From the NCBI RefSeq assembly GCF_964355755.1, contig NC_092673.1, forward strand, positions 10,044,001 through 10,108,000: a DNA stretch of 64,000 nucleotides, read 5' to 3'. Origin of the DNA: Antedon mediterranea. Taxonomy: Eukaryota > Animalia > Echinodermata. Made by a program: the position numbers and the translations under genes. The notes below the pieces were generated by a model. That model was not told the origin of the DNA and made no database searches. It saw nothing but the letters and a program-made list of their open reading frames with translations. Below are positions 54,801 to 64,000 of this stretch, in pieces (position 1 is the stretch's first letter; each line of letters opens with the position of its first letter).

Positions 54801-55381
54801 CTGATAATTTTTTACTACAATGCCCCATTAGACGGAATATAAATGCATGCCTTCTGAACATTTTGAGACCAAAATTGACTTGCTGCGACCTGTGGTTGCC
54901 GAGATACAAGTACCTTTATTTATTTGTTCATATAACCCTTGACCCTGACCCTTTGACCTTTTGTAACATTTTTCAAAATGTGTAACAAATAACAAAATAT
55001 ATATTTCAAACCATTTAAAACCAAATTCAAGTGTCTACGACCATTAGTTACGGAGATAATACATGCCCTGGGTTGTGGGTCAAAGGTCAGAAACGGCATT
55101 TGCGGTCATTTTTAACTAAAATGTCCCATTAGACGGAATATAAATGTATACCTTCTGATCAATTTGATACCAAAATTACTTCGCTGTGACCAGTGGTTGT
55201 TGAGATTTAAGGACATATTGGTGTTTGGTCTTATGACCTTTGACCCTGACCTTTTGACCTTTCGCCACATTTTCAAAATGTGTAACCAAGCCAAAAATGA
55301 TTGTTTGACCACCAATTTCTGAAGTCAAATTCTCTGGACCTCAAAGTGCATACGAAAGTTGATCTAGCTACTAGAGTAAAT
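51892..55381. mobile_element. Foldback-type element with ~1.2-kb TIRs, probably Academ-related
   Basis: Arm 51892-53287 (minus a 200-bp insertion) is the reverse complement of 54171-55381. It shares caaaaatgaccggaaatg and tgacctttgacc motifs with the 9440 element. The TSD is not clear. Confidence 0.75.
52826..53021 (+). mobile_element. Short 3' fragment of an L2-type LINE/SINE
   Basis: Present in only one TIR arm. Ends tgtaaagcacctagag...ggcgctatataaat...(TTA)n and is flanked by attaa. Confidence 0.7.
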
Positions 55382-56339
55382 GGGAAATGGGACATGGATT
55401 AATTAAGTTAAACACTTAAAATAAACTTCATAGAAAGAGTCAATCTTAATTGACTCACCTCAGCACCAGCTGGTGGTATAGATTTTTATTACTAATGTTT
55501 TATAAACTTACCTGTGATGTCATTGTTTTCTTCTGCTTCAAAAGTTTCATCTGCTGATCAATAATAAATGAAAAGTTAACAATTTAATATATTCCTAATA
55601 TCTATCTGTACATTATGTAATATAGTGTTAATGTTGAGGTACTGACTTCTAATGAAGACTCTTACTCGCTTAACTGTAGTAACACATTGTTTATTCAATA
55701 ATACGTTATATACTCAATACAATACAATACAATATAGAAACAGGATCGGAACAGAGGATAGAGTGATGCTGTCGGTGAGGTGTGAAGTGTGTAGGTCTGC
55801 TTCTGAAGAAGTGGCTGTGAGGTGTGTGCTCTGTGAAGTGGCTGTAAGGTGTCTCTGGGCTCTTCTGAAACTTGGGGGTATGTTGGCTTCGGTTCATTTG
55901 CATATGTCCCTACGTCATCTGTGAGGGTAACGATTGGTCCTAAGTTGATCCAGGGGTGTTTAAGTAGAAGTGATTAACGGTATAATAAGGTATTTCAATG
56001 ATGGATAACACTGTCAAATCTCTACTTAAATAGTGTCAATCTCTCCTGATTTAACGGTGGGAAAAGTCACAAAGTTATTCTTTAGGGATTCGATTATAAA
56101 CTAAATGGTCATTAAAACATCTGGACAATTTCTCCTCTGGACTTTCTGGGCCAAGGTCGTGAACTTATTTGAATTCTGATACAAAGGTCGATTTCTTAAT
56201 TATAAAAGTATTTCATTATATTACATCCCTCTGTTTCCCTTTTTTTTTTCTAATCTATTTAAAATATAAAAATTGTTATAATAGTGGCTTGCAAAATTAA
56301 AGTTATATTAAAAAGAAAAAAAACATTATTATACATATA

Positions 56340-57335
56340 AGCAAAATTGCTGAATCTAAAAGGAAGTTGCAAGAGTACCAAGATGTTAACTGAATTTCGT
56401 TCAGCTTGCATCATCTTTTAAGGAGTTATGTGAGCAAAATGCCTCTTTGGAAACTCAGATTGCCAGCCTTCAAGCTTTATTAACAGAAAATGAGTTTCAT
56501 ACAGCTTCTCATCCCATTAGCAATCCTGTAATGTGTAAGTCAAACTCACAGCCTATTGCACTACACAACTCTTTTAATGCTTTGCAGAAAGAATTTAAGT
56601 CTCCAGCCTTAGCTTCTGAAAAAATCATGCAGCTGAAAACTTTCAGTCTGATATTACCATACAGAATAAAAGAAACCTAATAATTGGCGACTCAATGTTG
56701 AAATTAGTCAAGACTAAGGGTCTGTGTGACACAGCGGTGAAGACATTACGCGGTGCTATCACAACTCAGGTTTCTGATACTTTGGATCAAATGGATCTTA
56801 GCAAAGTACAAAATGTCATATTGCACGTTGGCACAAATGATTGTAGTGAGCTGAACTTTAAATTAGATCAGTTAAAGGAGGATTTCAGTGATCTTATGGT
56901 TCGTTTGAGGCATAAAACATCTGGTAACATCTATGTTTCAAGTATTTGCCCGCGTTTGGATGATCCAGAAATAAATATGAGAGTGCTAGAAGCAAATAAG
57001 ATGCTGAAATCAGTTTATGAAAATTGTTTTATAGACCACACTCTGGCATTCTCTTCCGAGCAAGGATATGATGCTTCCAAGTTTACACGCCATGGTCTCC
57101 ACCTTAGCAAATATGGAACATCTACACTGAATAAAGTAAATAAATAAATAAAGTAGTGTCTATTCTCTTCCCAGTCAAGAGACAAGAGCGCACAAAATCA
57201 GCGAATGTTCGATGTCACTACTGTAGCGAAAGTGGACATACACATAGAGTGTGTCGGCATGGAGGTCCAGTTATCTGCTGGAAATGCAAGCAGAGCGGAC
57301 ATAAAGCAAAGCTATGCCAAGTTCAAGAAAAGTGA
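56340..57335 (+). pseudogene. LINE ORF1: SGNH/GDSL esterase plus two zinc knuckles, frameshifted
   Basis: LIIGDSML, VILHVGTNDC, HGLHLSKYG, then CHYCSESGHTHRVC and CWKCKQSGHKAKLC ending in TGA at 57333-57335. Confidence 0.85.
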
Positions 57336-57827
57336 GTTATTGGCAAAGAAGATATAGCCGACACAAACTTAATGGTGTTAAACGATCAAGAACGAAATGT
57401 AAATATAATCAATGTTAATGCTTCACAACCAATTACTAATTCTAAAATTAATGCCGAATGTACTTATAATAATAGTTTAAAGATCACATGACACGTTTTA
57501 AAAGTAGCAATTTTTCATCAAAATACGTTCTGCATACAACTATATATTGATATATTTAACATTTTTTGCAAAATTTTATGAAAAAAGTGATTTTTAACGA
57601 TGTTTAATAGAGGAAATTTTAAGGTGAGTGACGAAATCCTAAAAATCGGCAATGTCACATTCCAATCAGTTCGTGACGTCACTAATTGTAGTCGTCCGAA
57701 ATTCGGTTAGAGTGCACCGTCGCGCTGCATGTGGTACCACAGTATCTTCTCTATCCTTATTGTGTTGTATTGTATCTCTATTGAGCGAGTATATTTTCAT
57801 CGAAGTTTTACATTATTTTCCGATATT

Positions 57828-59066
57828 ATGCCAGTCAATTGTGTCGTTGGTGATTGTGTTCTTACTTCAAACGATGATGTAAGTTTTTTGGCTTTCCAAA
57901 AAACCCCAGAATAAGACGCCAGTGGATTCGTTTTGTCCAGTTTACTAGAGCCGATTTTCCTAGGCGAATGCTTTGAGTCGTCCTGTATGATGAAAAGAAA
58001 ATTGGGACTACCATCCACGCTAAGATAAGATAAGATACCATCCACGATGCAGATAAGAAAAAATAAAAGTAGTGAAACTGCGGAGAAACGCAAAAGGAGA
58101 AGTTCTGTCAAACGCCGGCCGGAGACAGGATGTAAGTATTCATTACCATTACTACTAGGCCTAGTCTAGTATCCTCTAGTAGGTCCCTGCCCCTAGGCCT
58201 ATTTCATTATTCTATCCAAACAAATCTCATTGTTGCCTTTAGTGTCGGGGTCCCATCAGTGGATGTAAGCCTACTTACTGTATCAATAATTAATAAAGCT
58301 AAACTGATTCAATAGCATTTTAAAGACTGTCTACATGCACCCATACCAGATGGCAGAAAAAAAAAATGGCTTCAACCAGGTACTAATTTATTTGTGCATT
58401 TAGAAATCACTAATAATAATTTGTTAGTACTGTTGTTTTAAATAATTGTGTAAATTTTCAACAGGGCTTGTGAGAAGCTAGCTGTGCAACCTGCTAGAAA
58501 AAACTCATCTACGAAAGGATGTTCAGAAATTAAGTCCACATGCTCAAACATCAGGAGTAGAGGCGTTCCATGGAACCATACTACATTTCGCACCCAAAAT
58601 GCTTGGGTATTCATACAATGGCATGTTAAGCAGCTTACTACTATTGTCATTTATCCTTACACTTACTATTGGTGTAGCATATTAAAAGTTAACATAAAAA
58701 TATCAACTAAAGAGAAAATTCTGGCAGGGCAGCAGCAAAAGATAGAGACGGTGTTTCCAAGAGCAAAAAGTGGTGGCTACACAATTACAGAAATTATTGA
58801 CAGATGCAACATTTGGTAAGCCAAAAAAATTTGATTGACAACCTGTATACTATTTTGTTTGATGACTTTGTTCATTTATTGACAATTGCATTTATTTTGT
58901 AACCACAGCTTATGTTGATGAGCTTATTTCAGAAACATTATACTTGTGCAGTAGTGGCAAGAAAGATTCTTCGGATTCAATTCCTGAATTAAGTTCACCA
59001 CCACCACCTGTGTGCTCAATCTTCGTTCCGCCAGATAAAGATGTTGCAATTTCAGATTACAAATGA
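57828..59066 (+). pseudogene. Kolobok transposase remnant (N-terminal THAP exon 57828-58131, C-terminal part from 58465)
   Basis: MPVNCVVGDC..VSFLAFQK..RRQWIRFV is THAP-like. LRKDVQKLSPHAQTSGVEAFHGTILHFAPKMLGYSYNGM and FPRAKSGGYT..TF/YVDEL resemble the region around the catalytic E and the C-terminus. The central DDE region is missing. Confidence 0.75.
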
Positions 59067-59129
59067 TGGTTTGCAAAGTAGACAAGAGCAAGAGCCACCA
59101 TTTTTTTCAATTTACTTCCATAATGTACT

Positions 59130-59520
59130 GTAGCACGTATATAAACAAGAGATAGCATTGTCTTTTGTTATTTTTTTTTCATTTTAATTTATAAATATAT
59201 ACAGTATAAACAAGGGATAGCATTGTCTTCTGTTACTTTTTTACTACTTTCATATTATACAGTAATGTTCTGTAAAACCATAGAGATATTATAGTGAACT
59301 ATAATATCTCTATGGAAAACGTATAAACAAGGGATAGCATTGTCTTCTGTTACTTTTTTACTACTTTCATATTATACAGTAATGTTCTGTAAAACCATAG
59401 AGATATTATAGTGAACTATAATATCTCTATGGTAAAACGTATAAACAAGGGATAGCATTGTCTTCCGTTACTTTTTTACTTCTTTCATATGCAGTAATGT
59501 ACTGTAAAACGTATATAAAC
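59130..59520. repeat. Tandem duplications (117-bp period) containing a perfect 38-bp palindrome
   Basis: ccatagagatattatagt-ga-actataatatctctatgg at 59278-59315 and 59395-59432. Confidence 0.9.
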
Positions 59521-59547
59521 AGCATATAAATAACAACTTGAAAAAAA

Positions 59548-60750
59548 TTAAATATCTGCAATATTGCCTAATTTACAGCCTGTATAGCCATCGTCTTCTG
59601 GGTTTGGGAAGGTTCTTCGAATCCACTGCACATGACGGGAGAACAACTCTATTTTCCCTACCAAGGTAGCCCCAACAGATTCTCACCAGGTTCCTGTATG
59701 CAACATGTCTCTACTGCCTGTGAAAGTATTGTTAAAAATTACAGGTTTAATATAACAAATTTCCTGTAAAAATACAATATGTTCAACAAGATACAAGAAA
59801 ATGGAATGAAAGCATATTGCACCTAGTATTAGTATACATAGAGCAGCTCAACTTACTCTTCGTTAGTGTGGGGTAAAGCAGCCATTGCGCCATACTGCTG
59901 TTTATATGACAGGTATGCTACTTGTATTGTAGCACCCACTCATTTAAACAGACTTCTCCGAATCCTGGATGGCGTGTTAAACACTCTTCATTCATCTCCA
60001 CTTTCTCCATTTTCTCTCATGGTCTTTGCAATTTCCTGGCAGCAAATGGACTTTCGTGCTGTTGGCATTTGTACACATACACCTGAATAAACAGGAATGT
60101 CAGATACACTGTTTTTACAGTTATATATGATGATATGATAGGGGTTGCAGCATTGCCATTACTATTTATTAATTACTGTATTAAGATTTTTTTACAACAT
60201 TAAATCAATTATGAATGATAAAGGCGAATCAATAGCAAATAAATAAACCTAGGCCTATTAGACTAAAGCTAGTACTCTGCAGTAGTAGCCTAGGCCTAGT
60301 AGTACTACTAGGGCCTACTAGTATTAGTAGTACTACTGGGCCTAGAGAGCTAGCTAGGCCTACTAAGTGTAGGCCTCTAGCTAGATAGAGGCCTACAATG
60401 ATATTAATAATACAGTATAATAAAAAAAAAATAGGCCTAGTTTAGCGCAGCCTATTATTATTACTACAACTTTACTTCATTCATCATCATTATAAGCTAT
60501 ATTGTACGTACCACTCTGTTATTAGCGTTCTCTTCGTGTGGTCCTCCAACCAAGTCTTCAACCTCTCCTTCTTCGTACTCAGGCTCGAACATATATGCTT
60601 GTGCGCCTAGCTACTGGGCTAGGCCCCTAGTAGGCCTTCATCACCATCGTCATTTTCTATATCTTCTTCTTCATCATTATCATCTTCGTCAAATGATGAA
60701 GATTTGTAATCGAGATTCAAACTAATGTTTTCTTCGGAATCAGATTCCAT
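59548..60750 (-). pseudogene. Kolobok accessory KolX-like gene with P2X7-ballast/nanor-like Cys-rich domain, three exons, disrupted
   Basis: Exon 1 is acidic (MESDSEE...QAYMFEPEY). Exon 2 reads MPTARKSICCQEI..ECLTRHPGFGEVCLNEWVL. Exon 3 reads RHVAYRNLVRICWGYLGRENRVVLPSCAV/IRRTFPNPEDDGYTG. AG acceptors are visible. Confidence 0.8.
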
Positions 60751-61093
60751 TACTGTTGTCTTTGATATTACTGTATATACACACGGCCGCTTTCAGTGTG
60801 TTGGTTCGGCGCCGGCCCAGCGCGCGTGTGTAACCTTTCCGGCCTTTTTGACTCCAACTTGTGACGTAGCAGTGATGACCTATAGGGTTGCCGCTTTTTT
60901 ATGACAATTTGTCCCAATTTTGAACAACGTAATTAAAAAATATTTTTAAAATATGAATTCGACCGAATTACTAATTACAAACACTTTATTCTTATTCTAG
61001 TAATCATTATCTAGCATATAAGTACAAAAATCTACAATATGTGATTTCAGTGTCATGTGATCTTTAAGTAATAATGTAAACCAAAGTGATTTT

Positions 61094-63991
61094 ATGATAG
61101 ATTCAAAATTAGGTTCTGATAGTAAAAACAAGCTAAATATATTCTATTGCAATGTAAGAAGTGTTAAAAATAAGTTGCATGATATAAATTCTCGATTTAA
61201 TTCTTCATTTTATGATATTATATCTATGACAGAAACATGGCTTGACAATTCCATTTATGATAGTCAACTATTTAATAACGATTATATAGTTTTTAAAAAG
61301 GATAGAAACTCACATGGTGGGGGAGTACTTATTGCTGTAAAAACATCATTACAACCATCTGAGTGTCATGAACTAAATGATATTATATAACACCTATATA
61401 AATTCCTGTCATTTGATTGGACGAATGTGGGTCACATGGCGTGCAATAGTACGCACTATTCAACGATCGTTAAATAGTACTTTTTGAAACATTTTTGTGT
61501 ACGAAAAAAAAAACGTCTCGCGGATGAAAAAAAATCTAGTACACAAATTATCCTATGATATGGCTATGTACTGTGAAATACAACAGCGCCACCTGTCGTC
61601 TGGTCTCAGTTTCATTTGTAAACACCACCGCGAGATATGCAACAGCAGCAGATATTTGTGTACGATTTGGACATTATGTACTAATTTCATTTAAAAAGGC
61701 ATTTAAATTAGCTTTAGATCGTTTTTAGGATTTTGATTAATTAATGGGGACATCCCTACAAGACGTGGAATTGTTGGAAAAACCATAATTAGCTTAGATA
61801 AGTTCCAATTGTCTGTCGAAGTTTTGCCTTTCAGCCAAGCTAGTACTAGGCTACTAGGTCTAGCCTAGGCCATGCTAGTATTAGGCTAGGCCTAGCCTAG
61901 GCGTTTTAGCCTTGCTAGGCCTAGGATTGTTTGGTCGTTTGTTGACATAATTAACACAAAAGTAGGTGTGTTTACGAAATCCATATAAATATAACATTTA
62001 ATATAACATTATTAAAAACCAAATGTTACTGTTTTTAATCAAATGTGTGTGAATGAAATGTAGTAAGCTTTGGCTAGGGCTACCTTTTATTTGATTCAAA
62101 TAACTAGAATTTATTTAGATGTTATATAAAACAAATAATGAATGTTTTGTATTCGTGTAATGGTACAAATAATGGCACTTGGTGAATGATGAAAGGTTAT
62201 ATCAACTCGGCTTTGCCTCGTTGATATAACCTTTCATCATTCACCTCGTGCCATTATTTGTACCATTGCACTCATAAACATTCATTATTTGTATAATATA
62301 CTGGAGTTATTGTGGTTAGAGTGTTACACTGGTATTGGGAAAATTCTTATAGGTGTATATTACAGACCACCATCTTCCAATATTCAATACACAAATGCTT
62401 TATACACCAATTTAGAAAAAGTACAAAGAAAAATGACTCAGTACAAATGGGTTTCGCTTATTGGTGATTTTAATATACATATTGAATGGAATGATATACA
62501 GGTAGATAAAAGTAGTGGTATTACCGCCAGTGGCGACGTAAATCAGAGTGCCAAACTTCTCGAAACTACACTAACCAACATTTTAGATAAACATGCTCCT
62601 TGGAAAAAACACAGGGTACGTAAAAAAATAGCTCCTTGGCTCTCTGATGATGTAATTGGAAATATGAGAGAAAGAGATAAACTCAAAAGAGAATGTAAAC
62701 ATTCTAAAAATGAATCACTCTGGAAAAGGTACAGAAAGTATAGAAATATGTGCAATAAATTAATATGTAAAACTAAAAGTAAAGCTAATTTTATTCAAGA
62801 AAGTATAAAAAGAAAATAAAAATGATGTAAAAAAAACATGGGATACCATAAGATATATTATATCGTCAAAAAAGAAAACTCAAACTATTCAAACAATTTG
62901 CAATGATAATGGCGATGTCCTCTATAAAGCTAAGGACATCGCAAATGAAATTAATACATTTTTCTCAAATATAGGTTCAAATCTTGCATCACAAATACAT
63001 GAGCCGATAAATGATATAAATTATGATGAAATCGATGCTTTCACCGAAAATAATTTTGAATTCGTACACATCACATGTGAATTTGTATATAAATACTTAA
63101 GTATTCTTTCAAAAAACAAAGCCACTGGTCATGATAACTTACCACCGGGCATTCTAAAACTGTCTGCCCCGATTATATCCCCAACAATTACAAGAATCGT
63201 AAATCACTCCTTCACAACATGTAAATTCCCAAATACGTGGAAAATAGCAAAGGTCACGCCAATTTTTAAGAATGGTGAAAAAACTAACCCTAATAATTAT
63301 CGTCCCATTTCCGTCCTACCTATACTTTCAAAAATAATTGAACGAGTCGTTTTTAATCAACTTTATGCTTTTTTGAATAATAATAATCTGTTATGTATAA
63401 ATCAATCAGGTTTTCGACCATCATACTCAACATCTACTGCACTTACAAAAGTGACGGAAGACTGGTATAGTGCAATAGACGAGGGTAAGCGGGTCGGAAT
63501 CTGTTTACTAGATTTTAAAAAGGCCTTTGATACGGTAAACCATAACATACTATTAAGCAAATTGAGACTTGAGCTATTGTAACATAATTTGGGGAAATAG
63601 TAGTCAAACTCTAATGAAAAGAGTTCAAACTATCCAAAACAGAACAGCTCGAATCGTGTGTGGTCTAACATGGGACACACCTAGTAGTGAGGCACTAAGA
63701 CAAATTAATTGGTCACCTTTATTTTATCAAGATAGATATGAATGTTGTATGGTTATATATAAGGTTTTGACAGATAATGCCCCACCTTACCTAAATAATG
63801 TATTTACATACAATGATATAAATTATAATCTAAGGCACAGTGATACACATCTATTCATCCCGAAGCCAAAAACCGATTTAAAAAAACGAAGTCTGTCTTA
63901 TCGTGGAGCAATTATATGGAATAGTCTCAATGTTGATACCCTTCCAAATTCAGTTAAGTTGTTTAAAACGTATCTAAAAAATGCATTGTAA
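61094..63991 (+). pseudogene. LINE ORF2 (APE endonuclease and reverse transcriptase), interrupted and internally deleted
   Basis: NVRSVKNK, SMTETWL, KDRNSHGGGV, GVYYRPP, GDFNI, then KATGHDN, NYRPISVLP, QSGFR and DFKKAFDTVNH. It jumps directly to YCNIIWG, so the QG/YADD core is absent. It ends with SYRGAIIWNSL. Confidence 0.9.
61383..62296 (+). mobile_element. Non-autonomous element with asymmetric inverted repeat and long terminal hairpin (Crypton-like, class uncertain)
   Basis: The 5' end ttatataacacctatataaattc is inverted internally at 62107-62129, followed by a ~155-nt hairpin at 62134-62289. Removing the element plus one TA restores the LINE frame (..ELND-ILELLW..). Confidence 0.75.
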
Positions 63992-64000
63992 AACATAATG

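Larger units (their letters stand above)
57481..61063 (+). mobile_element. Kolobok DNA transposon, internally deleted, 3583 bp
   Basis: TTAA TSD (57477-57480, 61064-61067) and 14-bp TIR agatcacatgacac. Transposase and KolX-like remnants are convergent. Confidence 0.92.
56340..64000 (+). mobile_element. Decayed CR1/L2-group non-LTR retrotransposon, interrupted by two DNA elements
   Basis: ORF1 (coiled coil, SGNH esterase, two CCHC knuckles) is followed by ORF2 (APE endonuclease, partial RT, C-terminal domain). The left boundary is approximate. Confidence 0.9.

Noticed and set aside
55630-56183. Possible solo LTR on the minus strand (tgtatcag start, AATAAA)
   Set aside because: No matching terminus with a TSD, PBS or PPT could be established. 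The ORFs here are low-complexity.
59548-60750. Host P2RX7 gene
   Set aside because: Only the ballast-like domain is present, with no channel domain. It is disrupted and enclosed by Kolobok TIRs and TSD.

Overview
This is AT-rich animal (invertebrate) genomic DNA, not prokaryotic. Deuterostome or echinoderm origin is an inference only. Almost the whole window is transposable-element derived. The one recognisable host coding segment is the terminal exon of mitochondrial ribosome recycling factor (MRRF, 42728-42965, +). No upstream MRRF exon was found, so everything 5' of it may be one large TE-inflated intron. The dominant structure is a ~29-kb head-to-tail pile (13049-42216) of 15 full-body and 1 partial ~1.5-kb non-autonomous Helentron/HINE-type rolling-circle elements. 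All point the same way, they are mosaics of several subfamilies, and they appear to insert into the T-rich tract at each other's 5' end. Other elements: Academ-like long-TIR elements, three PIF/Harbinger elements (two with Myb/MADF remnants), two Kolobok elements (one with THAP, DDE and a P2X7-ballast-like KolX remnant), a 7-bp-TSD TIR element, a Penelope fragment with inverted pLTRs carrying hammerhead-like motifs, a decayed CR1/L2-group LINE, a Crypton-like hairpin element and a 30-bp minisatellite. Comparing paralogous repeat copies shows short TA-[CGG/CAG/CTG/GGGCC]-TA insertions that look like transposon excision footprints. These pile up as TAGGCCTA/TAGTA-rich tracts next to TE promoters. 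All coordinates were read by eye and no database searches were run.
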